Below, piece by piece: positions 25,343 through 38,459 of a stretch of DNA of 64,000 nucleotides. The stretch is taken from NCBI RefSeq assembly GCF_009914755.1, contig NC_060935.1; one strand, 5' to 3'. The stretch comes from the human T2T-CHM13v2.0 reference genome, Homo sapiens. A model generated the notes under the pieces. It saw only the letters and a list, made by a program, of their open reading frames with translations. It was not told where the DNA came from and did no database searches. The position numbers and the translations under genes were made by a program. The first letter of the stretch is position 1. Every line of letters starts with the position of its first letter.

Positions 25343-26966
25343 TGAGAGGTAACAGCGTGCTGGCAGCCCTTGCAGCCCTCGCTCGCTCTTGGCACCTCCT
25401 CAGCCTCGGTGCCCACTCTGGCCACAGTTGAAGAGCCCTTCAGCCTGCCCCTGCACTGTAGGAGCCTCTTCCTGGAATGACCAAGGCTGGAGCCAGCTCC
25501 CTCAGCCTGCCGGGAGGTGTGGAGGGAAAGGCATGGGCGGGAACTGGGGCTGCGCGTGGTGTTCTTGCAGGCCAGCTAGAGTTCTGGGTGGGTGTGGGCT
25601 TGGCGGGCCCAGTGCTGGGAGCCACCAGCCAGCCCCACCAGCCCGGGCAGTGAGGGGCTTAGCACCCAGGGCCAGCAGCTGTGGAGGGTGCTCCAGGCTC
25701 CCCAGCAGTGCTGGCCCACTGGCGCTGCACTGCATTTCTCGCTGGGCCTTAGCTGCCTCCTGCAGGGCAGGGCAGGGCTGGGGACCTGCAGCCCACCATG
25801 CCTGAGCCCCCCCCCAACCCCCACAGTGGGCTCCTGAGCCGCCCGAGCCTCCCCAAGGAGCGCAGCTCCCTGCTCCATGGCCCCGGTCCCATCTACCGCC
25901 CAAAGGCTGAGGAGTGCCAGTGCACAGCGCAGGACTGGCAGGCAGCTCCATCTGTGGCCCCAGTGCAGGATCCACTGGGTGAAGCCAGCTGGGCTCCTGA
26001 GTCTAGTGGGGACTTGGAGAACCTTTATGTCTAGCTAAGGGATTGTAAATACACCAATCAGCACTCTGTATCTAGCTCAAGGTTTGTAAACACACCAATC
26101 AGCACCCTGTGTCAAGCTCAGGGTTTGTGGATGCACCAATCGGCACTCTGTATCTAGCTAATCTGGTGGGGACTTGGAGAATCTCTATGTCTAGCTAAGG
26201 GATTGTGAATACACCAATCAGTACTCTGTATCTAGCTCAAGGTTTGTAAATGCACCAATGAGCTCTCTGTGTCTAGCCCAAGGTTTGTAAATGCACCAAT
26301 CAGCACTCTGTGTCTAGCTCAGGGTTTGTAAATACACCAATCAGCACTCTGTATGTAGCTAATCTAGTGGGGACCTGGAGAACTTTTGTGTCTAGCTCAG
26401 GGATTGTAAATGCACCAATCAGCACCCTGTCAAAATGGACCAATCAGCTCTCTGTAAAACAGACCAATTGGCTCTCTGTAAAATGGACCAATCAGCAGGA
26501 TGTGGGTGGGCCAGATAAGAGAATAAAAGCAGCCTGCCGGAACCAGCAGTGGCAACCACTCGGGTCCCCTTCCACATTGTGGAAGCTTTGTTCTTTCACT
26601 TTTTGCAATAAATCTTGCTACTGCTCACTCTTTGGGTCCACACTGCCTTTATGAGCTGTAACACTCGCTGCGAAGGTTTGCAGCTTCACTCCTGAAGCCA
26701 CCGAGACCAGGAACCCACCTGGAGGAATGAACAACTCCACGCGCCCCACCTTAAGAGCTGTAACACTCACCACGAAGGTCTGCAGGTTCACTCCTGAGCC
26801 AGCGAGACCACGAACCCACCAGAAGGAAGAAACTCTGAACACATGCGAACATCAGAAGGAACAAACTCCGGACACGCTGCTTTTAAGAACTGTAACACTC
26901 ACGGCAGGGGTCCGCGGCTTTATTCTTGAAGTCAGTGAAACCAAGAAACCACCGATTCCGGACACA
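25343..26966 (+). mobile_element. LTR12 (ERV9, LTR12C-like) solo LTR
   Basis: Starts tgagaggtaacagcgtgctggc, ends ttccggacaca; 4-bp TSD atgt (25339-25342 / 26967-26970); GC-rich 5' part, tandem CCAAT subrepeats, U5 repeats. Confidence 0.95.
26040..26612 (+). promoter_or_regulatory. LTR12 U3 enhancer/promoter motifs
   Basis: 11 CCAAT boxes counted between ~26050 and 26493, AGATAA at 26513-26518, AATAAAA TATA-like box at 26522-26528, poly-A signal at 26607-26612. Activity at this locus not shown. Confidence 0.65.
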
Positions 26967-29061
26967 ATGTGAGAACTTCACTGAAGCAGAATTACCAAAG
27001 AAACCAGCTTCTTCATTACAGGTGAAGTCTGCAGTATATGTGAGAAACCATTTTGCCTACTGGTTTTCTTCTCTTCTTTTCTGACAGTGTTATTGAAATT
27101 AACCATAAAGGTCGGGCTCATTATTTTTACTATTAAATTTAGGTATGGGCATTTCCTCCTCCTGCTTCTAAAGAAGCCCTACTCTGTAACAAAGTGGTTT
27201 CCAATAAATGTGCTTATTTTATTGTGAAAAAATAGTAAACAAATACACAAATAAATTTATGTACAATTACTTTTTGAACCACAAGAGCCTTGGTAAGGAT
27301 TTTTCTCTGGACAATGCTTATCTTTTTAAAAACATGTAGTTAGCACCTTTCTTATAAAATGGGTATGAGAACTATACGTGGTGGGGCTGAATGCCTTTGG
27401 AATTAACAGAATTGATCACTAATCAAACAACCATTAATTCTAAGATATGAGGTTTTTTTAATCACATCCTAAAATATGAGCACTTGAAAGCTCCAGATAT
27501 ATCACACCTCACTTAATCAATGTAATATCATTATTAATTTTATAATATATAAATTGACTTTTTCCAACTGAATATATTTATAGGATACAAAGTGATATTG
27601 TGATTTACAAATACTATATGAAATAGAGCCAATTAACAGATTCATAACCTCAAATGTTTATTTTTTGTGGTAAGAACATTTGAAATTTACTCTATTAGCA
27701 ATTTGAAATTGCTATGTCCACCATACTGTGCAATAGATTTCAAAAACTCACTTATTTCTCCTGTCTGAGACTATGTATCCTTTGACCATCATCTCCCCAT
27801 TTTCCCCATGTCCCAGCCTCTGTAACCACCACTGTACTCTCTGCATTTATGAGTTCAATTGTTTTAGATCCTATATACAAGTGAGAACACAGCATGTATC
27901 TTTCCATGCCTGGTTTTTTTGACTTAGCATAATATTTTTTCAATTCCATCCGTGTTGTTACAAACGGCAGAATTTTCTCCTTTTTAAAGACTTAATAGTA
28001 TTCCTTTGTGTGTATATATATCACATTTTCTTTATTCATTCATCTGTTGATGGACACAAGGTTGATTCTATATCTTAGCAATTGTAAATAGAGCCACACT
28101 GAACACAGGAATGCAGACTTTTTTTTTTTGACAAACTGATTTCAAACCTTTCAGGTAAATACTGAAGTGGGGTTGCTAGATGATATGGTAATTTTATTTT
28201 TAGTTAAGAAACCTCCATACAGTTTTTCATGACAGCTATACTAATTATATTTCCACCAACAGTATATAAGAGTTCACGTTACTCCACATCCTCACCAAAA
28301 TTTATCTTTTTGATAATGGTCATTATGATAGGTGTGAGGTGATATCTCATTGTAGTTTTAATTTGCATTTTCCTAATGATTAAAGATGTTGAACATTTTT
28401 TAATATTTCTGCTGGCCATTTATATTTTTTTGAAAAAGGTCTATTAAGGTCTCTTGCTCATTTATTAATCAGTTTGTTTTCTTGTTATTCAGTTGTTTGA
28501 ATTACATATTTATGTATTTTAGATATTAGCCCTTTATTGGACATATGGTTTGCAAATATTTTCTCCCAATCTGTAGGTTGTCTTGTCATATTGTTAACTG
28601 CTTCCTTTATTGTACAGAAGCTTTTTAGTTTGATTTGATCCTGTTTGTGTATTTTTGCTTTTATTTTCTGCACTTTTGAGGTTAAATTAAAAAAAACACC
28701 CAGGCCAATATCAAGGATGTGACATGATATGTTTTCTTCAAAGTTTTACAGTTTTGGGTTTTACATTTAAGTCTTTAATCTATTTTGAGTTAATTTTTAT
28801 ACAGTGTGAGATAAGGGCATAATTTCATTTTTTCTCTCGTGGATATCCAGTTTTCCCAATACCATTTATTGAATGCAATGTCTTTTTCTCATTTTGTATT
28901 CATGGCACATCAGTGCCATGAATAATGTCTCTGAAAAGGATAATGTCTTTGAAAAATCAATTGACCATATATGTGTAGGCTCATTTCCGGCCTCTTTATT
29001 CTGTTGCATTGGTTGATGTGTCTATTTTATGCTAATACCATGCTATTTTACTTACTACAGT

Positions 29062-31296
29062 TGTATTGGTCCATTTTCATGCTGCTGATAAAGACATACC
29101 CAAGACTGGGCAATTTGCAAAAGAAAGAGGTTTAATTGACTTCCAGTTCCAGGCCTAACAATCATGGTGGAAGGTGAAAGGCACCTCTCACATTGACAAC
29201 AGACAAGAGAAGAGGGCTTGTGCAGAGAAACTCCCCTTTTTGAAAATCATTAGATCTCTTGACACTTATTCACTATCATGAGAACAGCATGGGAAAGACC
29301 TGCCCCTGATTCCATTACCTCCCACTGGGTCCCTCCCACAACATGTGGGAATTCAAGATGAGATTTGAGTGGGAATGCAGCCAAATGCTATCACTCTGCC
29401 CCTGGCCCCTCCCAAATCTTATGTCTTCACATTTCAAAACCAATCATGCCTTCACAACAGCCCCCCAAAGTCTAACTCATTTCAGCATTAATTCAGAAGT
29501 CCACAGGCTAAAGTCTTATCTGGGAAAAAGCAAGTCCCTTCCTCCTGTGAGCCTGTAAAATCAAAAGCAATTTAGTTACTTCCTAGATATTACAGGCATT
29601 GGGTAAATACAGCCATCCCAAATGGGAGTAATTGGACAAAACAAAGGGGCTACAGGCCCCATGAAAGTCTGAAATCCAGCAGGGAAGTCAAATCTTAAAG
29701 CTCCAAAATGATCTCCTTTGACTCCACATCTCACATCCAGGTCATGCTGTTGCAAAAGGTGGGTTCCCATGGTCTTGGGCAGCTCTGCTCCTGTGGCTCT
29801 GCAGGGTATAGCCTCCCTCCAAGCTGCTTTTACGGGCTAATGTTGAGTATCTGTGGCTTTTCCAGGCACACAGTGCAAGCTGTCAGTGGATCTACTATTC
29901 TGGGTTTCTCAAACAGTGGCCCTCTTCTCACAGCTCCACTAGGCAGTGCCTCAGTAGGAACTTCATGTTGGGGCTCCAACCCCACATTTCCCTTCTGCAC
30001 TGCCCTAGCAGAGGTTCTCCACAGGAGTCCTGACCCTGCAGCAAACTTCTGCCTGGACACCCAGGCATTTCCATACATCCTTTAAAATCTAGGCAGAGGT
30101 TCCCAATCCCCAATTCTTGACTTCTGTGCAACTGCAAGATCAACACCATGTGGAAGCTGCCAAGGCTTGAGGTTTGCACCCTCTGAAGCCATGACCTGAG
30201 CTCTATGTTGGCCCCTTTCAGCCATGGCTGGAGCAGCTTGGATGCAGGGCACCAAGTCCTTAGGTTGCACACAGCACGGGGACTGTGGGTCCAGTTCACG
30301 AAACTTTTTCATCCCAGGCCTTTGGGCCTGTGATAGGAGGGGCTGCTGTGAAGACCTCTGACAAACCCTGGAGACATTTTCCCCATTGTCTTGGGGATTA
30401 CCATTCAGCTCCTGGTTACTTATGCAAATTTCTGCAGCTGGCTTGAATTTCACCTCAGAAAATGGGATTTCCTTTTCTATCACATTGTCAGGCTGCAAAT
30501 TTTCTGAACTTTTATGCTCTGCTTCACTTATAAAACTGAATGCCTTTAACAGCACCGAAATCGTCTCTTGAATGTTTTGCTGATTAAAAATTTCTTCCAT
30601 TAGATACCCTAAATCATCTCTCTCAAGTTCAAAGTTCCACAGATCTCTAGGGCAGGGGCAAAATGCCACCAGTCTCTTTGCTAAAACATAACAAGAGTCA
30701 CCTTTGCTCCAGTTCCCAACAAGTTCCTCATCCACATCTGAGACCACCTCAGCCTGGATTTCATTGCCCATATTATTATCAGCATTTTGGTCAAAGCCAT
30801 TTAACAAGTTTCTAGGGAGTTCCAAACTTTCTCACATTTTCCTATCTTCTTCTCAGCCCTCCAACCTGTTCCAACCTCTGCCTGTTACTCAGGTAAAGTC
30901 ACTTCCACATTTTTGGGTATGTTTTCAGCAGCGCCCCACTCTACTAGTACCAATTTACTATATTAGTCCATTTTCATGCTGCTGATAAAGACATACCTGA
31001 GACTGGGCAATTTACAAAAGAAACAGGTTTAACTGACTTATAGTTCCACATGACAGGGGAGGCCTCACAATCATGGCGGAAGGTGAAGGGCACATGTCAC
31101 GTGGTGGCAGACAAGAGAAGAGGGCTTGCACAGAGAAACTCCCCTTTTTAAAAGCCATCATATCTCATGAGACTTATTCACCATCACAAGAACAGAATGG
31201 GAAAGACCTGCCCCCATGATTCAATTACCTCCTACCTGGGAATTCAAAATGAGATTGGGTGGGGACACAGCCAAACCATACAGCCAAACCATTTCA
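29062..31296 (-). mobile_element. Complete THE1 (MaLR) provirus: LTR 29062-29393, internal 29394-30958, LTR 30959-31296
   Basis: Two homologous LTRs flank a 1.56-kb THE1-int sequence; 5-bp TSD acagt (29057-29061) / atagt (31297-31301); L1 sequence resumes on both sides. Confidence 0.95.
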
Positions 31297-32980
31297 ATAG
31301 TGTTGTAGTATAGTTTGAAATCTGGTAGTGTAATACCTCCAGGTGTATTTTCTTGCTTGTGATTGCGTTGCATGTTTATAATTTTTTTGGTTCCATGTTA
31401 ATTTTAGGATTGTTTCTCTTTTTATGAAAATCACATTGGAATTTTGATAGGGATTGCATTGAAACTGTATCTTGCTTTACGTAGTATGGACATTTTAGCA
31501 ATAATTTGTCCAATACACACAATACAGGATATCTTTTCGTTCATTTATGTCTTCAATTTATTTCATCAACATTTTATAGTGTTTTAGTGTATAGGTCTTT
31601 CACCTCCTTGGTTAAATTTATTCTTAATTGTTTTCCATAGAAATTGTCAATGGGATTGTTCATTTCTTTTTGGATACTTCATTGTTGTTATACAAAAATG
31701 CTACTGATTTTTGTGTGTTTATTTTGCATTCTGAAACTTTAACATATTTATTAGTTCTAACTGTTTTTTATGGAATCTTTAGACTTTTCTATACATAAGA
31801 TCATGTGTCAGCAAACAGTGACAATTTATCTTCTTCCTTTCCTATTTGGAAGATTTTATTGCTTCCTATTACCTAATTACTCTAGCAAAGAATTCCAGTA
31901 CTAAGTTGAATAGAAGCAACAAGAATGGGCCTTGTCTTGTTCCATTTCTTAGAGGAAAGGATTTCAGTTTTTCACTTTTGAGTATAATGTGAGCTTTGGG
32001 CTTGTATATGCCTTGTATTGTGTTGAGGCACATTCTTATTATAGCTAATTTGGTAAGAAATGTTTATCGTGAAAGGATGTTAAAATTTGCAAAGTATTTT
32101 TTTCTGCATCTAATGAGATACTCATATAGTTTTTGTGTTTTATTCTGTTAATGTATCGTATTTATTGATTCATGTATTTTAAGTCATCCTTGCATTGTAG
32201 GGATAAATTCTACTAGTTCATGTTGAGTAATTCTTTTAATGTATTATTGAATTCAGTTTGCCAGTATTTTGTCAAAGATCTTTGCATCTATGTTCATTAA
32301 AGACACTGGCCTGGAATTTTATTTTAACTTGTTATGGTATTCTTGTTTACCTTTGGTATTAGAACCTTCAAATGTTTGGTAGAACTCAGCAATGAAGCCA
32401 TCAGGTCTTGGTCTTGGGCTTCTCTTTGATGGGAAACTTTTCATCACTGACTCGGTCTCCTAAATTGTTACTGGTCTGTTCAAGTTTTCTATTTATGATT
32501 CAGTCTTCATAGGTTGTATATGTCTAGGAATTTATCAATTTTTTACATATTATACTAGAAAGATGGCATATAGTTGTTCCTAATAGTTTCTTATGATCCT
32601 TTGTATTTCTGTAGTATCAGTTGTAATGTCACTACTTTCATTTCTGATTTTATGTATTTGAATCTTCTTTTTCTTTTAGTCTAGCTTAAGATTTGTTGAT
32701 TGTATTTATAATTTCAAAAAAAAAACTCTTAGTTTTGTTGATGTTTTGTATTGATTTTCTAGTCTATTTTATTTATTTCTTCTCGGATCTTTTTTCTTCT
32801 GCTAACTGGGTTTAGTTTGGGTTTTTTCTAGCTTTTCAGGAATGACATTGTAATTTATTTTAAATCTTTGTTATTTTTTGATGTAACCATTTATTGCTAT
32901 AAACTTTCTTCTTAGAAGTACCTTTGCTGTATCCCGTAAGTTTTGGCATATTGTGTTTCTGTTTTCATTTGTCTCAAGAT

Positions 32981-33296
<316 letters not shown>

Positions 33297-34346
33297 TAAT
33301 TTGCATTTTATTTCTTTGTTGATCCATTGGTTGTTCAGAAGCAATTGTTTAAAATATCTCATTTTATTGATTTCTAGTTGTACCATTATGGTTTGAAAAG
33401 ATACTTGTTATAATTACAATCTTCTTAAATTTGCTAATACTTGTTTTGTGGACTAACATATGATCTATGCTGGAGAATGTCCCATGTGTTCTTGAGAAGG
33501 ATGTGCCTTCTGTTGCACATGTTGGAGAGAATGGTTTGTACATGTCTATTAAGGCTATTTGGTCTAAAAGTGTTGTTCAAGTTTAATATTATCTTGTTAA
33601 TTTTGTTTAGATGACCTGTCCATTTTTCAATGTAGGGTATTGAAGTTCCCTACAATTGTCATATTGGAATCTGCAATACCCATCAGATCCTTTAATATTT
33701 CCTTTTTATATTTGGTTGCTCCAATGTTAGGTGCATATATATTTAAAACTTTTATGTTTTCTTGATGAACTGACTTCTTTATCATTATATAATGTCTTTC
33801 TTTGTCTCTTTTTATAGTTTTTGACTTAAAGTTTATTTTATATAAGTATAGCTACCCCAGTTCTCTTTTGGTTTCTATTTGTGTAGAATACCTTTTCTTC
33901 ATCCCTGAATTTTCAGTCTGTGTGTATACTTAAAACTGAGATGAATCTTTTGCAGGCAGCATATAGTTGGGTCTTTTTTTATATTCATTTAGTCTATGTA
34001 TTTTTATTAGGGAATGCAATTCATTTACATTTAAGATAATTATTGATAGCTAAGGTCTCACTACTGTCATTTTATTAAATGATTTGTGACGTTTTTGTTT
34101 GTGTGTTTCTTGCTGTCTTTGTAGTTTCATAGTTTTCTGTAGTGGTATGCTTTGAATTCTCTATACTTTTGTTTTGTAATTCTTCTACAGATTTTTTTCT
34201 TCATTGTTACCATTACATTTACACATAACATCTTATAGCTATAACAGTCTATTTCAAGTTGATAATAAATTAACTTTGCATGCAACTTTATACTTTCACT
34301 CCCTCTTCCAATATTTTACATTTTGATGTGAGAATTTATGTTATTT

Positions 34347-34572
34347 TCAGCACAGGAGTTTTGACCTGCTCCAATTCTGGCCCAGGCTGGTACACCCCTC
34401 TTTAGGCAACCTGGTAGTCCCCACTATGGTGGGTCACCATGTTGATGCTGAATTTAGCAGGGACACCCAATCGGCATACTGCACTACAGCCCAGTACTCC
34501 TGGGCTCATGTGATCATCCCACCTCAGCCTCCCAAGTAACTTGGACTACAGACACGTGCCACAGCATATGGA
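34347..34572 (-). pseudogene. 7SL (SRP) RNA retropseudogene, 3'-truncated, no poly-A tail
   Basis: Reverse complement includes the 7SL S domain absent from Alu (ggtgtccc..ctaaattcagcatcaacatggtgacc...caggttgcctaaagaggggtg...gagcaggtcaaaactcctgtgctga); TSD agaatttat(g/a)ttattttca (34331-34349 / 34573-34591). Confidence 0.92.
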
Positions 34573-37252
34573 AGAATTTATATTATTTTCAAATGTTTAT
34601 CCCTTGAAAATTTATTTTAGATAGGTTCTTGTTAAAATTTTATTTTAGCTAGGTTTTGTCTTTTAACCCTCATACTAGAATAAAATTTCTTTGCACAACT
34701 GTCATTACAGTCCTAAAGTATTCTAAATATAGCTCTGTATTGTGTATACTATTGGGTTCTGTACTTTTTGTGTTTTATGTTTTTAGTTAGCAGCCTTTTG
34801 TTTCAACTTACAAAACTTTCAGTAATCTTTGAGGCCTAATGGTGATGAATTCCCTTAGCTTTTGTTTGTCTGAAAAGTTTTTATTTTTCTTTCATTTCTT
34901 AAAGTTTTTCTGAGTAAAGCATTCTTGGTTGGTGGTTTCATCAGTTTTTTCTTTTTTCCTTTAGCATTTTTAATATCTCTTCCCCTTGTTTCCTGGTCTG
35001 CTGGGTTTCTGCTGAGAAATCTGTTGATAGTCTTATTTTGATTCCTTTCCATGTAATATGTTTCTCATCTCTTGCTGCCCCCAAAGTTTTTTTGAGTTTT
35101 GATATTTTGATTGTGTCTTAGTGAACTCTTCTTTCGGTTGATTTTGACTGAAACCTCTGTGTTTGCTGTACATGAACACTGGAATCTATCCTCAGATTAT
35201 GAAAATTTTTAGACATTATTTCTTTAAATATGCTTTCTGGATTTGTTTTCTCTTTCATCCCCTTCTAAGCCTCCTATTATACAAAGGTTTCACTTTTGAT
35301 GGTTTCCCATAGCTCCTGTAGACTTTCTTATTTTTTATTCTTTCGATTTTTTGCTTCTCTGCCTGATTAATTTCAAATGTCCTGCCTTCAAGCTCAGACT
35401 TTCTTCTGCTTGATTGAGTTTTCTGATGAAGCCTTCTATTGATTTTTTTTTTCAGTTCAGTTATTGTGTCTGTAATTTCCAGGATTTCTATTTTTTACTA
35501 TTGTTTCTATTTATTTGTCAAAGTTCTCACTTTCCATGTTATTTTCCAAATTTTATTTAATTTTCTAGCTGTATACTTTTCAAGTTCACTGAACTTATTT
35601 AAGATTATTATAATTTTTTGTCATTTCATAGATATCCATTTTTTAGCATCCATTATTGGAGATTTATTAATTTCTATAAAAGATGTAATTATTCCCAGAT
35701 TTTTGGAAAATCTTGTGTCTTTGCATTGTTGTGTGCACATATAAAGAGACAACCACCTCTTCTTGTTTTTACAAGGGTTCTTTGGCAGGGATGCACCTTC
35801 ACTACTCAGTTTACTCTGTGATTCTGGAAGGCCTGTTATGGGTTCTTTATTTGGGTTGGTTTGCTGCCTTTGCTCTTATGTCATGTGGAGCTTCTGGCTG
35901 GGCTCTGCTATTACACAGAGCAACTGGATGATTACTGTGAGGCTCTCTAGTCACACCTATCAGAGGATACATTCCCTGACTGAGACATTTTAGATCTGCA
36001 GTTGGACAGGGCTGCAGGCTCAGCTCTGAGGTTAGACAGAGTTGCTGCTTGGGACAGGCAGGGCCCAGAGACTATGCTCCTTAGAAATGCACAATTGAGA
36101 GTTGCCTCCTTCTTTGGGTGGAACCATGGGGTGGGCTTTTGGCTGAGTTCAGCCACTGTTTGATCTCTTGGTTCAAGCATGTCTGGCCCCTATGCTTCTC
36201 CAAAATAGGAAGAGGCAGGGATATCCCTGCCTGGATGAGGTCACTTGTCAGGCTTTTTGGCTGAGCTGAGTCATTCTTTGGACTTCCAGGTCAAGCAGGT
36301 CTAGCCTCTCTGCTTCTACTAAATGGAGAGAGAGGAAGGCGTTTCCCTGCTTGGGTGAGGTTGTTGGGGTGGAATCTGGAGCTTGGTATAGAGACTAGCC
36401 ATCTATAACTCAAGCCAGGTTGAACTTCCTACTGTGGTTCTGAAAACAACCAAATCAGCTTTGCAGGTGGGGTATGAAGTTGGCTGGTATCTATGACTGG
36501 GTGCCATAGCTGGCAGGAACACAAAGGTACCAACAAGATCACACACTGGTCAATGTAATCTCTATCTTATTTCTCTGTTTTTATTTGACTTCAGATGTTA
36601 TTCCCAGTGTTCCCTCATGAGGTGAGACAAAAGCGGGCTTCCAGGAAGTGCTTCAGAATGCTAAGGAAGCTGGATGACTGACTCCAGTTCTTTTTTGCCC
36701 CCTGTAAAAACCATGGCCAGCAGAAATTGTACCCATCTGGCATTGTGCTGACTTGGGAGAAGAGGGGTTGAAGTGAGGCAGTTCTTATCCTTCTAATGCC
36801 GTTCTCAGTCAGCCTGTAGACCACGTTAGTGTGTCAGACTTAGTTACAAGTATTTGGATTTTCAAAAATATGTTTTGGTTTGTAGATAGTTGCTAGCTGC
36901 ATTTTTAGTTGGGCAGAGAGTAGAGCCTGAGACTTCCTCTCTGACCATCTTGCTGATTTCACTCTTCTGTAATACCATTGTTACAGATGATGACCATAGA
37001 AACAGAATTAAATTGTTCTCCACTCACGAACTAGATAGTCTTGGAATATGGCCTTATGGTTTAATCTCTCTAAATCTCAGTTGTTTTCTCTTTTTTAAAA
37101 TGTGAATACTAACTTGTCAGTGTTTCTCAGAAAATTAAATAAGAAAATCAGTGTAAAGTTTTATGACAATGAATAGTAGGTACATACTAAAAGACAGATA
37201 ATAATGGCAAATATATATATTTATATGTTGGTGTGTGTGCGTGTTTACTGAG

Positions 37253-37892
37253 TGTATTGGTCTGTTCTCACATTGCTATAATGATAATACCTGAGACTGG
37301 GTAATTTATAAACACAGAGGTTTAACTGACTCACAGTTCCACATGATTGGGGAGGCCTCAGGAAACTTACAGTCATGGCAGAAGGTGAAGGGGAAGCAAA
37401 TACCTCCTTCGCAAGGCAGCAGGAAGGGGAGAGAGGGAGAGACGGGGGGGGAGAGAGAGGGAGAGACAACGAGAGAGAGAGCAAGAGAGCAAGAGAGAGA
37501 GCGCGTGAGAGAGAGAGAGAGGGAGAGGGAGAGGGAGAGAGAGGGAGAGGGAGAGAGACGGAGAGGGAGAGGGAGAGAGAGGGATAGAGAGAGAGGGAGA
37601 GAGAGAGAGAGAGGGAGAGAGAGAGAGCAAGAGAGAGAGGGAGAGATAGAGGTGGAGGGAGAGAGAGATGGAGAGAGAGAGAAAGAGAGAGGGAGAGGGA
37701 GGGAGAGGGAGAGAGACAGAGAGGGAGAGGGAGAGAGAGGGATAGAGAGAGAGGGAGAGAGAGAGAGAGGGAGAGAGAGAGAGCAAGAGAGAGAGGGAGA
37801 GATAGAGGTGGAGGGAGAGAGAGATGGAGAGAGAGAGAGAGAGACAGAGAAAGAAAGAGAGACAGAGAGAGACGGAGAGAGAGAGAGAGATG

Positions 37893-37933
<41 letters not shown>

Positions 37934-38116
37934 AGAGAGAGATCGATCCCCTTATAAAACCATTAGCTTTCATGAGAACTCCCTCACTATCATGAGAACA
38001 GCACAGGGGAAACCGCCACCGTGATCCAATCAACTCCCACCAGGTCCCTCCCTCAACACATGGGGATTACAATTCAAGATGACACTTGAGTGGGGACACA
38101 AAGTCAAACCATATCA
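37253..38116 (-). mobile_element. THE1D/MSTA-like MaLR solo LTR with an internal expanded GA repeat
   Basis: tgtattggtctgttctcacattgctata... and ...ggggacacaaagtcaaaccatatca termini; TSD degenerate. Confidence 0.88.
37428..37941 (+). repeat. Complex (GA)n/(GGGAGA)n purine-rich tandem repeat, ~515 bp
   Basis: Almost entirely G/A on the + strand with recurring variant units. Confidence 0.97.
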
Positions 38117-38459
38117 TTGAATATCTACTATGTGCCAAGTAGTCCACTAAGTATTTTAGGAAATACAAAATCTATATTAGACACATTCAAGCCCAAAGAA
38201 AATTGCCATATTTGGCAGGTGGGGGATAAGAAAAAAAAATGTAAAGCCATGTAGTAAAGACCTAAACTGAAAAGTTGTTCTGAAAACAAAGCCAACATTT
38301 AGAAAAAAAATATCATTTCAAAAATGAAAGTTAGAGGTCTGCATTAAAACCCCAGTGCTAATTGTCAGTCTAAATGGATATTAAACCCAAATCAGAAGTA
38401 CTGACATTTAAAGTTCACTAAATTTATTCTACATAATTTGCCATTTTTGACACACTTTC

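Noticed and set aside
25389-26034. Cluster of overlapping 60-157-aa ORFs in GC-rich sequence resembling a CpG-island gene start
   Set aside because: Entirely within the GC-rich 5' part of the LTR12; open frames reflect base composition.
26030-26500. Regularly spaced ~40-bp repeats that superficially resemble a CRISPR array
   Set aside because: These are LTR12 U3 tandem subrepeats with no unique spacers, in eukaryotic DNA with no cas genes.
37245-38033. 262-aa Leu/Ser-rich and 204-aa Arg/Glu-rich ORFs
   Set aside because: Stop-free frames produced by the GA repeat inside a MaLR LTR; no gene evidence.
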